The notes under the pieces were generated by a model. That model was not told the origin of the DNA. It saw nothing but the letters and a program-made list of their open reading frames with translations, and did not search any database. This document shows, one piece after another, positions 19,045 to 27,729 of a stretch of 64,000 nucleotides of DNA. The DNA is from Acetobacteraceae bacterium (GTDB lineage: Bacteria; Pseudomonadota; Alphaproteobacteria; Acetobacterales; Acetobacteraceae): NCBI GenBank assembly GCA_036265005.1, contig DATAPW010000030.1, positions 3,575 through 67,574 on the forward strand, read 5' to 3'. Each line of letters begins with the position of its first letter. Positions within the stretch are counted from its first letter, which is position 1. A program made the translations under genes and the position numbers.

Positions 19045-22000
19045 CTAGTCTGCCTGCGCGGCTTCGCGGACGGTTCGCGACCTGGAGCGCCTGTCCGTCC
19101 GCACCAGGTTCAACCAGGCGGCACGGCGCTCGCTTGCCTGCGCGGCCAGCGTGGCGTCGGCGAAGGCGGCGCGTGCGCCCTCGGCCAATCGCCGCCGCAG
19201 CGCACCATCACGGATCAGCCCCGACAGCGCGACGAACCATGCATTCTCATCGTCCGGCAACAGCCTGCCACCGGGACCATCGGCCAGACTGCCGCGATAG
19301 ACCGCGCGATCCGACGCCAGCACGGGCAATCCAAGTGCAGCGTAATCCAGCGCCTTGATTGCCGACTTGCAGAGATTGAATGGCGTATCCGCCAGCGGCG
19401 CGATCCCGATGTCCCAGTGCTGTTGCGTCATCCAATTGACAAAGCCTGGGTACGACGATGTGGCGTTTACCGTCATGCCGATGCGGTTCACCCACGACGG
19501 CATGTCAGGCCGGCTGCTGACACCCAGCAGATCGATCGACACATGCTCGGCGAACACCGCCTTCACCCGCGCCAACGCCGCCTCGACAATGGCGAAATCG
19601 GCATCATGGGTGGCGGTGCCCATGAACAGGATGCGCACCGGTCCTTGCCGAGGCGCGGACGGGGGCGGAAAGGCCGCCCACAACCTCTCGTCCAGCCCAT
19701 TGCGCACCACCCGCACATCGTCGCGCAGTTCCGCCAGCGTCGCCGCGAGTGCCGGCGTGGACACCCACACGGCGCCGGCGCCACGGATCAGGCGCGAGAC
19801 AAGCCGCGCACGCGGACGCAGCAGGCCGGCATCCGGGTGGTCGCGCGGGATGTGCCGCAAATCGTCATCGATATCGTACAGCAGGGTGATGTCATGATCG
19901 CGACAGTGGCGGATCAGCGCGTCGGCGGCGTCCAGGTCGGGCACCGCGTAGCGCTGGGTAACGAAGACATCGGCGCGATAGGACAGCGCCTCGTCGGCAT
20001 CGGCCAACACGATGTCCCATTCGCCGCCGATCGCCGGGTGGTCCAGCGGTTGCAGCAGCCGGATATAGGCGCAGGGGGTCAGTGCGCCGCCGGAGAATCG
20101 CTCGGGAATGACCACGACGCTGACCCGTCCGTCGCGGCGCAGATCCACCAACGCGCCATCATCGCGGACCGCGGACGGACGCACGTACTGATCGCGGTAG
20201 AAATCCGCCACCGGTTTGCGCGGCTTGCCCGTCGGCGGTTTGCGACCGCGCGCCAGTTCGCTGCGCACCTTGTCGAACGTGGCGATCCATTCCTCGATTG
20301 ACGCTTCGGGATCGACGAGCCAGCTCAGCGGCCGTCCCTCGAGCCGTTCGGGGAATGCGCCGATGCGCGTGGCGACAATGGGCAGGCCGGCATCGATCGC
20401 AGCGCTGAGCGTGTAGCTGTAGGTCTCCGGCCACTGGGCCGGAAACCACACGACATGCGGCCTGATCTCGGCCAGCAGTGCCGGCAGGTCGGACTCCTCG
20501 TACTCGCCGGTCGTCTCGATACGGTCGGCCAGCGCCGCGGGCAAATCCTGTTCGGCATAGCCGATTAGCTGGATCGTCAACTCCGCGGGATCCGACGCCG
20601 ACGCAACATTCAGGACCGTCACCCCGCCCTTCTGGTTGGCCAGCACGCCGATCACCGCCACGCGCAGTGCGGCCTTCTTGCCGAGTGGGGTCGGCGACAG
20701 CGGCCACGAACCACCTGCCATCACCTCGTGCGGTACAACGATCGCGTTGCGATCGACGCCATAGCGCGCCAGGCGCCTGCGTGCGTCCTCGCTTGGGCAG
20801 ATCACCCGTTCGGCTTCGATGAGCTGCCAGGCGTTGCCGCGCCGCCACGAGGTGATGTCGCGCGCGCCATAGCTGGAGCGGTCGGCGATGCACGAATTGC
20901 ATCCGGCAGCAGGCGGCTCGCCGCAATACGCACCCTGCAGCCACGGCAACAGGTTCACCTGCGGGCAGATCGCGAAATAGTCGTGCACCGTCACGTCGAA
21001 CGGCACCGCGAGCCGGCGGAACAGCGCGCGGACATTCACATCCATGCCCATCAGATGATGGATATGGCCGCGGATCACGCCGGCCGATTGCAGCACCAGC
21101 GTCAGGTCGGCCAATCGTTCGGCCGGCAGCGCCAGTTCCGGATGGCCGGGCAATGCCGGTACGGTCAGTGCAGCCCCACGGGCGGTTGATTCCAGCAACA
21201 GGACATTGGCCTGCCCTGCGATCCGCTCAACCAGCTCGTTGATGTGCCGCCGCACGCCGCCACCCAGATCATGCGTCAGCATCAGGATCGTCGGCTTGCC
21301 CGAGCGACGAAACAGCTCCGTGGTGACGGCAAAGCGATACGGACCGGCGGCGTCCAGCTTGACGTGCTGCGCGACCAGGCGCGCATAGTGCGGATAGCGC
21401 TGCGCCAACAGATCCATGCCGTGCTGCCTGGCGGATTCGGAGCCCGCGCCGAAGCTCACCGCGCCTTCGTGATAGACAAACGTGTCGCACGCCAGCAGAT
21501 GGCGCCAGCCGCGCGCGCTGGCACGCAGGCAGAAATCGTTTTCCTCGCCGTAGCCGCGGCCGAACGCTTCGGCGTCGAATGCGCCGACATCGGCCAATGC
21601 CGCGCGACGGATATACATGCAGAATCCGACCGTGGTCGGCAGTTCCACGCTGCGCCCGCCATTCGCCGCATGGCAGGCGGCGTCCAGCGCCGCCACCTCG
21701 AGGCCGAACACCGGCGCACTGCCCTCGATGCGGGGATAGCTGCAGATCGTCGCATTGTTGGAGAACGGCGACACCGATGCCACGCGCGGCGTGGCATAAG
21801 CGTGGCCGGCGAGCCGTACCAGCCAGCCCGGCGGCACCTCGGTATCGCTGTTCAGCAGCACCACGTCGTGTGAACCAGCGGCATCGATGCCGGTGTTCAC
21901 CGACGCGACGAAGCCCTGATTGCGTCGGTTGCGCACCAGCTCAATCCGGCCCTCGGTGGCCAGCGTGTCCAGCCAAACTGACAGTTTCGGCTCCGGCGAG

Positions 22001-22578
22001 CGGTCGTCCACCACGATCAGCCGCCCGGTCGGTCGCTGCGGATCGGCGAGCACGGTTTCGATGCAGCGCTGCGTCTGCTCCAGGCCGCGATAGACCGGTA
22101 TGATGACGTCCACCACGACATTGGGCGGAGCGGTCGGCGACGCGACGTGGGTCGGGAGATAGTCGCGGATCGCGATCGGCTTTTCCGTCAGCCAGCCGCG
22201 GGCAATACCAAACAGCAGGTGGTAGAGCAGCGGATTGGCCGCGGCTTCAGGATGCTGGTCCACGTAATACGCGGCGTCGAAGCGAGGATGCGGATTGCGC
22301 AGTTCGGCAGCGCCCATCTGCAGGTAGTGCAGCAACGGGTGTTGCGCGGAATTCGCCACGTCCGGGTAGTGCGTCAGATACCAGGCGCTGTCGAAGAACC
22401 GGTTCGGATCGCGGCCCTCGGCGGCGCCATAGTGCACAAAATGATGCAGCGGATCGGTACCGGAGGCACCGACATCGGGATAGCGCGACAGGTACCAGTC
22501 GGGATCGAAAAATCCGGACAGCGCGTCGCCAAGATCGGCGACGGAGGTCGCTTTTGGTGCTTCGGGCGAAGGCGACAT
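19045..22578 (-). CDS. Large multidomain glycosyltransferase: N-terminal triple repeat, then GT2, then two GT1/GT4-like domains
   Basis: The ORF is open to 22749. I prefer the ATG at 22578 (MSPSPEAPK...), giving about 1177 aa. It has three copies of FD..WYL..YPDV....PL.HY...G. A GT2 core follows (VIIPVYRG...VVDDRSP...LNSDTEV). Two GT-B-like regions come next (MLTHDLGGGVRRH... and ILFMGTATHD...). Confidence 0.8.
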   Translation of the reverse strand: MSPSPEAPKATSVADLGDALSGFFDPDWYLSRYPDVGASGTDPLHHFVHYGAAEGRDPNRFFDSAWYLTHYPDVANSAQHPLLHYLQMGAAELRNPHPRFDAAYYVDQHPEAAANPLLYHLLFGIARGWLTEKPIAIRDYLPTHVASPTAPPNVVVDVIIPVYRGLEQTQRCIETVLADPQRPTGRLIVVDDRSPEPKLSVWLDTLATEGRIELVRNRRNQGFVASVNTGIDAAGSHDVVLLNSDTEVPPGWLVRLAGHAYATPRVASVSPFSNNATICSYPRIEGSAPVFGLEVAALDAACHAANGGRSVELPTTVGFCMYIRRAALADVGAFDAEAFGRGYGEENDFCLRASARGWRHLLACDTFVYHEGAVSFGAGSESARQHGMDLLAQRYPHYARLVAQHVKLDAAGPYRFAVTTELFRRSGKPTILMLTHDLGGGVRRHINELVERIAGQANVLLLESTARGAALTVPALPGHPELALPAERLADLTLVLQSAGVIRGHIHHLMGMDVNVRALFRRLAVPFDVTVHDYFAICPQVNLLPWLQGAYCGEPPAAGCNSCIADRSSYGARDITSWRRGNAWQLIEAERVICPSEDARRRLARYGVDRNAIVVPHEVMAGGSWPLSPTPLGKKAALRVAVIGVLANQKGGVTVLNVASASDPAELTIQLIGYAEQDLPAALADRIETTGEYEESDLPALLAEIRPHVVWFPAQWPETYSYTLSAAIDAGLPIVATRIGAFPERLEGRPLSWLVDPEASIEEWIATFDKVRSELARGRKPPTGKPRKPVADFYRDQYVRPSAVRDDGALVDLRRDGRVSVVVIPERFSGGALTPCAYIRLLQPLDHPAIGGEWDIVLADADEALSYRADVFVTQRYAVPDLDAADALIRHCRDHDITLLYDIDDDLRHIPRDHPDAGLLRPRARLVSRLIRGAGAVWVSTPALAATLAELRDDVRVVRNGLDERLWAAFPPPSAPRQGPVRILFMGTATHDADFAIVEAALARVKAVFAEHVSIDLLGVSSRPDMPSWVNRIGMTVNATSSYPGFVNWMTQQHWDIGIAPLADTPFNLCKSAIKALDYAALGLPVLASDRAVYRGSLADGPGGRLLPDDENAWFVALSGLIRDGALRRRLAEGARAAFADATLAAQASERRAAWLNLVRTDRRSRSRTVREAAQAD

Positions 22579-22863
22579 GCCGGTCGATTCCCTGTGCAGC
22601 CCGTCGCGTCCGGCCGATACGCCTGAGGCGTGCCGCTGCGTTGGCGGTGAGGCAAGCGCTTCCCGCAGATAGCCGTGCGTGTCAAGCTGGAACGCCTTGA
22701 TCGGGGTGCGAAGTAAGGAAGGGTCCACGCAGAGCACGCCGAGGACCACAGAGGGCCACTGAGAAGGCAGGATGATTGCGCTTCGCGCGCAGCGTTCGGT
22801 TCACTGCCTCGGTGGCTTTCCGTGTGGGACCTTGGCTGCCCCCGACGTGACGGAGCAGGAACG

Positions 22864-23652
22864 ATGGACAAGATCGCCGTCTGCGCGATCTTCAAGGATG
22901 AGGCCCCCTACCTGCTGGAATGGATTGCGTTCCACAAGATGGTCGGCGTCGATCTATTCGTGCTGTACGACAATGGCAGCAGCGACGGTGGCAGCGACGT
23001 GGTGCGACGATCCGACTTTGCCCGCAATGTGGCCCTGATCGACTGGTCCGACCGGCCCGGGCAACTTTCCGCCTACAACCATTTTCGCATCAATCACGCG
23101 CCGGGCTTCACCTGGGTGGCGTTCATCGATATCGACGAATTCATCATGCCGGCGGCCGGCAACTCGATTCGCGACATCCTGATGCGCAAGGCCTACCGGC
23201 CCTATGCGCAGATCCTGCTGCAATGGCTGGTGTTCGGGCCATCGGGCCACGACCGCCGGCCCGCGGGACTGGTGCTCGAGAACTACACGCGCCGCCTGCC
23301 GGAAGCAGCCGATGCCAGCCGCCACGTCAAGGCGCTGGTGCGAACGGCGTACCTGGCCGGCGTCGACTACACGCCGCACGCCGCAGAATGCACCGGTCCG
23401 ACCTGCAATACACGGGCCGAGGCCGTGCTGCCCTACGCCATCCAGCCGACCGAGTGCCACGAGGTCATGGCGATCCACCACTATTTCACCAAGTCGGTGG
23501 AGGACTGGGCATTCAAGCGCCGCCGCGGTCGGGGGGATTCGCTTGAGCCGTACCAGGATCAGGTGTTCGCCGATGTCGCCAACGAGGCGACGGTGGAAGA
23601 CCCGCGGGCGCTGCGGTTCGGACCGAGATTGCGTGCGCTGTTGCGCGCCTGA
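22864..23652 (+). CDS. Glycosyltransferase, GT92 / Glyco_tranf_2_4-like (paralogue 1)
   Basis: MDKIAVCAIFKDEAPYLLEWIAFHKMVGVDLFVLYDNGSSDG plus the DxD-like IDIDEF. The track ORF was trimmed to the ATG at 22864, which has GGAGCAGGA upstream. Confidence 0.75.
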   Translation: MDKIAVCAIFKDEAPYLLEWIAFHKMVGVDLFVLYDNGSSDGGSDVVRRSDFARNVALIDWSDRPGQLSAYNHFRINHAPGFTWVAFIDIDEFIMPAAGNSIRDILMRKAYRPYAQILLQWLVFGPSGHDRRPAGLVLENYTRRLPEAADASRHVKALVRTAYLAGVDYTPHAAECTGPTCNTRAEAVLPYAIQPTECHEVMAIHHYFTKSVEDWAFKRRRGRGDSLEPYQDQVFADVANEATVEDPRALRFGPRLRALLRA

Positions 23653-23742
23653 CGCGCGGGTGCCCTGCGTGCCACTGGACAGAACGTGTCAGGTGCGCTC
23701 TTGGGGGATGCCGGCGGGCCGGCCGATGCAAAGCGGGGGACA

Positions 23743-24543
23743 ATGGACAAGATCGCCGCCTGCGCGATTTTCAAAAACGAGGCGCCCTACCTCCTGGAGT
23801 GGCTGGCATTCCACAAGATGGTCGGGGTGGACCTGTTCGTGCTGTACGACAATGGCAGCACCGACGGCGGCGCCGACCTGATCCGCCAATCCAGCTTTGC
23901 CCGCAACGTCACGATCGTCGAATGGTCGCATGCCGCCGGCCAGATGCCCGCCTACCAGGATTTCTGCGACAACCACGCTGCGCGCTTCGACTGGGTGGCG
24001 TTCATCGACCTGGACGAGTTCATCGTGCCGGCCAGCGGCAGTTCGATCCGTGACGCGCTGATGCGCCGCCTCTATGCGGAGTTCTCGGCGATCGTGCTGC
24101 AATGGCTGGTGTTCGGGCCGTGCGGCCATCAGCGCAGGCCCGAGGGACTGGTGATCGAGAACTACACCACGCGGCTGCCGGAGGACTTCCCCGCCAGCCG
24201 GCATGTGAAGACGCTGGCGCGCGGCAGGGCGGTGACGACCGCGGGTTCCACGCCGCACATCATCAATGTCAGCGGTCCGACCTGCAACACGCGCGGCGAG
24301 GCCGTCCTGTCGTATGCCGAACAGCCGGATGCCTGCCACGACGTGATGGCGCTCAACCACTATTTCACCAAGTCGCGCGACGACTGGACATTCAAGCTGC
24401 GGCGCGGCAAGGCCGATGCGGCAAGCCCGACCACCAACCCGTATCCCGACAATATCTATTTCGATGTCGAGCGGGATGCCAATGTGGAAGACCTGCGCGC
24501 CGCGCGCTTTGCACCGCGTCTGCGTGCGCTGCTGCGGAGCTGA
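23743..24543 (+). CDS. Glycosyltransferase, GT92 / Glyco_tranf_2_4-like (paralogue 2)
   Basis: MDKIAACAIFKNEAPYLLEWLAFHKMVGVDLFVLYDNGSTDG plus IDLDEF. It is colinear with the upstream paralogue, and by eye about two-thirds of positions are identical. Confidence 0.75.
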   Translation: MDKIAACAIFKNEAPYLLEWLAFHKMVGVDLFVLYDNGSTDGGADLIRQSSFARNVTIVEWSHAAGQMPAYQDFCDNHAARFDWVAFIDLDEFIVPASGSSIRDALMRRLYAEFSAIVLQWLVFGPCGHQRRPEGLVIENYTTRLPEDFPASRHVKTLARGRAVTTAGSTPHIINVSGPTCNTRGEAVLSYAEQPDACHDVMALNHYFTKSRDDWTFKLRRGKADAASPTTNPYPDNIYFDVERDANVEDLRAARFAPRLRALLRS

Positions 24544-24561
24544 CCGCACCGCTCCCGGTGA

Positions 24562-25338
24562 TCAGCCGCCGCCGTGCAGTGCGCCGGTCATCTCGGCGCG
24601 GAACTGTGCCATTTCAGTGTCGTCGCGCCATGGCGCGCGGTAGGCCTCTTCGAACAGCAACTGGCGGCACAGCAGCCAGTTGCGATCGCTGTCGGCCATG
24701 TTGAAGAACGAATGCGTCTTGAGCACCTGGATGTTGCTCTTCAGCAGCTTGTAGATCGGCCGCACCTCGCCATCGATATCCTCATAGGTGCCGCCGTAGC
24801 CTACCCGCAGCAGCCGGCGGCTATGCTCGACATGCTCCTGGCCGAAACCGCGGAAACGCGGGTCGAAGTAACCACCGTACAGCAGCGCCGCACGCGAGAA
24901 GCTGCTGCATTGCGCGGTGACATCCTTGCTCAGGATCGGATCGTCGACCGTGCCGGCGCCCTTCAGGAAGCTGTCGGGAAACCAATCGCCGGCCAGGTTG
25001 GCATGCCCCCAGCTCTGGGCCGCCCGCACCCAGTCCTGCTCCCACCCATCCACGGTGGGAAATGCGTCGTCCTCCAGCAGGATGACCACGTCGCATTGCA
25101 CGATGGCGCCGAGCAGGAAGAGGGCGCGGTTCTTGTTCCAGGCGATGCCCATGTTCTGGCCGGTGACCAGGGTCACGTTCTGCGATCGCACCATCTCGAC
25201 GGTGCCATCCTGCGAGCCGTCATCCGCCACCGCCAATGCACAGGGCGTGGTGGTATGCGCCCGCACTCGCGCCAGCGTCTCGGCCAGCACGTCCTTGCGG
25301 TTGCAGGTGATGATCCCAATCCCGATACGGGTCGCCAT
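24562..25338 (-). CDS. Glycosyltransferase family 2 protein
   Basis: IGIGIITCNRKDVL...AVADDGSQDGT...VILLEDD matches the GT-A fold with a DxD motif. The track ORF was trimmed to the ATG at 25338 (MATRIGIG). Confidence 0.75.
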   Translation of the reverse strand: MATRIGIGIITCNRKDVLAETLARVRAHTTTPCALAVADDGSQDGTVEMVRSQNVTLVTGQNMGIAWNKNRALFLLGAIVQCDVVILLEDDAFPTVDGWEQDWVRAAQSWGHANLAGDWFPDSFLKGAGTVDDPILSKDVTAQCSSFSRAALLYGGYFDPRFRGFGQEHVEHSRRLLRVGYGGTYEDIDGEVRPIYKLLKSNIQVLKTHSFFNMADSDRNWLLCRQLLFEEAYRAPWRDDTEMAQFRAEMTGALHGGG

Positions 25339-25425
25339 AAAGCTCTTTCGGCCGTCGTGAGAGGTGGTTGTATAGCAGTTCGGCAAATTGCCGAGGAATG
25401 GGCGCGATGGGTACCGCTTCGCTCC

Positions 25426-25947
25426 CTACCCTCCGACCAGCGTCAGCAACATCGCGCCAGTGGCCATCACCGCCAGCGGATGCAGCCGGGTGAATGCCAG
25501 CACCAGCGTCGTTACGGCGGTCACCGCGTAGGCGGCCCAGCCATGCTCGGTGCCGCGGGCAATCGCGATTCCGCTCGCGATCGTCAGGCCGACCGAAACC
25601 GGCGCCAGCGCCTGTTCGAGCGTCTCGCGCCAGGCGGCACCGCCGGCGCGGTGCCAGACGCGCGCCACGCCATACGCCAGCATTGACGAAGGACCGAACA
25701 TCGCCAGCAGCGCCACCAGGCCGCCGGCCACGCCGGCCGCCTTCTGGCCGATCAGCACGACGATCAGCGAACCGGGAGGCACGGCGCGGGACAGCGCGAA
25801 CATGTCGAGGAACTCGCGTCCGGTGACCCAGTGGTGCACGTCCACCGCGGCGCGCTGCATGTCGGGCAGCGCCGCCGCGCCGCCACCGAACGCCAGCAGC
25901 GACAGCAGGCTGAACACCGTGGCGATCTGCAGCAGCGTGGCGATCAT
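25426..25947 (-). CDS. Chromate transporter (CHR) family, short-chain C-terminal-type half
   Basis: 173-aa hydrophobic protein with LSLLAFGGGAAALPDMQR...REFLDMFALSRAVPPGSL. The start ATG overlaps the stop of the upstream half (ATGA). Confidence 0.75.
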   Translation of the reverse strand: MIATLLQIATVFSLLSLLAFGGGAAALPDMQRAAVDVHHWVTGREFLDMFALSRAVPPGSLIVVLIGQKAAGVAGGLVALLAMFGPSSMLAYGVARVWHRAGGAAWRETLEQALAPVSVGLTIASGIAIARGTEHGWAAYAVTAVTTLVLAFTRLHPLAVMATGAMLLTLVGG

Positions 25948-26510
25948 GGCGTGCGCTGCCATAGGGTGAGCGCGAGGCTGGTCGGCAGCATGACCAGCAG
26001 CACCTCCAGCAACGGGATGCGGAGGATGCCGATGCCCACGACGATGGCGGCGGCGATCAGCGCCGGCCCGAGGCGGCGGATGTTGATGCGGGCCAGCCTG
26101 ATGCCGGTGGCGATATTGAACCCGATGGCGGCCGCGCCGGCGCCCGCCAGCGCCACGTTCAGCCAATGTCCGCCCGGCGCGCCACGGGCGGCGAAGTAGA
26201 AAGTGCCGATGATCAGCAGGATGGCCAGCGGCACCAGCATCAGGCCGGCAAGCGCGACCAGGGCGCCGATCGCACCACGCAGTTGGGCGCCGATCAGCAC
26301 CGCCAGGTTGGGGTTGGTCGCGCCGGGCACGAGCTGGCTGAGTGCGTAACAGGACAGGAACTGCTGGTCGTCGAGCCAGCCGCGCTTCTCCACCAGTTCA
26401 CGGCGGATCCAGCCCGTCAGGCCGCCGCCGAAGCTGGTCGAGCCGATGACCAGGAAACTGATGAACAGCGCGCCCAGGCTGGCCGGACGGGGGTTGGTGC
26501 GATTCGCCAT
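25944..26510 (-). CDS. Chromate transporter (CHR) family, short-chain N-terminal-type half
   Basis: 188 aa from the ATG at 26510: MANRTNPRPASLGALFISFLVIGSTSFGGGLTGWIRRELVEKRGWLDDQQFLSCYALSQLVPGA. The track ORF to 26843 reads through the tandem-repeat region and is an over-extension. Confidence 0.75.
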   Translation of the reverse strand: MANRTNPRPASLGALFISFLVIGSTSFGGGLTGWIRRELVEKRGWLDDQQFLSCYALSQLVPGATNPNLAVLIGAQLRGAIGALVALAGLMLVPLAILLIIGTFYFAARGAPGGHWLNVALAGAGAAAIGFNIATGIRLARINIRRLGPALIAAAIVVGIGILRIPLLEVLLVMLPTSLALTLWQRTP

Positions 26511-26568
26511 CCGACCATTCAACCGCGTCCGGTGTAAGCTCGATACAGGCAATGCTAATGGGCCGGTG

Positions 26569-26660
26569 GGTGAGGACTTGGCAGGGTGAGGACTTGGCAG
26601 GGTGAGGACTTGGCAGGGCAAGGACTTGGCAGGGCAAGGACTTGGCAGGGCATGGCCCAG
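26569..26660. repeat. 16-bp tandem repeat: 5 full units plus a degenerate sixth
   Basis: GGTGAGGACTTGGCAG x3 (26569-26616), GGCAAGGACTTGGCAG x2 (26617-26648), then GGCATGGCCCAG. It lies in the divergent intergenic region between the chrA half (start 26510) and the aldo-keto reductase (start 26704). Confidence 0.95.
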
Positions 26661-26703
26661 CCCCGACATCGGCAACGCACGACAACGCACGGAGAGACAG
26701 GCG

Positions 26704-27708
26704 ATGGAATATCGGACCTTGGGTCGCAGCGGATTGCGGGTATCGCCGCTCTGCCTGGGCAGCATGATGTTCGGCGGCGCCACAGACGAACCCACCGCAG
26801 CACGGATCGTGGCGCGCGCGCGCGAGCAGGGAATCAACTTCATCGACTCCGCCGACGGCTACAATTCCGGGAAGTCGGAGGAAATCGTCGGCCGTGCGAT
26901 CCGCGAGCACCGGTCGTGGTGGGTGCTGGCCACCAAATGCGCCAATCCGACCGGGAACGGACCGAATGCCAGGGGCGTCTCGCGCCGGCACGTGTTCGAC
27001 GCAGTGGATGGCAGCCTGCGCCGTCTCGGCGCGGACGTGATCGACCTGCTGTATCTGCACAAGGAGGACCACGCAACGCCGCTCGGCGAGACGGTGCGGG
27101 CACTGGCCGACCTGACCCGGGCGGGCAAGATCCGCTATTTCGGCGTGTCGAACTATCGCTCCTGGCGCGTCGCTGAAATCTGCCGGTTGTGCGACGAGGC
27201 CGGGATTGACCGGCCGATCGCCAGCCAGCCGCTGTACAATGCATTGAACCGCGAGGTGGAGGTGGAGCACCTGCCGGCGTGCAACTATTTTGGCCTGGGC
27301 GTGGTGCCGTACAGCCCGTTGGCGCGCGGCGTGCTGACCGGGAAATACGCGCCGAATGTCACCCCCGATCCAGCCAGCCGCGCCGGGCGGCGCGATCGCC
27401 GCATGATGGAATCCGAATGGCGGCCGGAAAGCCTGGCGATCGCGCAGGAGATCGCGGCGCAGGCCCGCGAACGCGGCGTGACGCCGGGAACCTTCGCCAT
27501 GGCCTGGGTGCTCAACAACCGGCTGGTGACAGCCGCCGTCGCCGGACCACGCACCGAACAGCAATGGGAGGAATACGGCGCAGCCCTGGAATGTCGCTTG
27601 ACCGCGGAAGACGAGGCACTGGTGGATCGCTTGGTCTCGCCGGGCCATCCGTCAACGCCGGGCTACAACGACCCGCAATATCCGATCGAGGGACGGCTAC
27701 CGCGATAA
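26704..27708 (+). CDS. Aldo/keto reductase
   Basis: MEYRTLGRSGLRVSPLCLGSMMFGG...INFIDSADGYNSGKSEEIVG...YLHKEDH are AKR motifs. The start was trimmed from 26602 to the ATG at 26704, which has GGAGAG upstream. Confidence 0.9.
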   Translation: MEYRTLGRSGLRVSPLCLGSMMFGGATDEPTAARIVARAREQGINFIDSADGYNSGKSEEIVGRAIREHRSWWVLATKCANPTGNGPNARGVSRRHVFDAVDGSLRRLGADVIDLLYLHKEDHATPLGETVRALADLTRAGKIRYFGVSNYRSWRVAEICRLCDEAGIDRPIASQPLYNALNREVEVEHLPACNYFGLGVVPYSPLARGVLTGKYAPNVTPDPASRAGRRDRRMMESEWRPESLAIAQEIAAQARERGVTPGTFAMAWVLNNRLVTAAVAGPRTEQQWEEYGAALECRLTAEDEALVDRLVSPGHPSTPGYNDPQYPIEGRLPR

Positions 27709-27729
27709 CGTCGCTCGGCCTGTCGCCGG

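Noticed and set aside
26569-26660. Tandem 16-mers as a CRISPR array or as sigma-54 promoters
   Set aside because: This is not a CRISPR array: the units are directly abutting with no spacers, they are only 16 bp long, and no cas genes are present. It is not a sigma-54 promoter either: the GG-to-GC spacing between successive TGGCA motifs is 17 nt, not the 12 nt required for -24/-12 elements.
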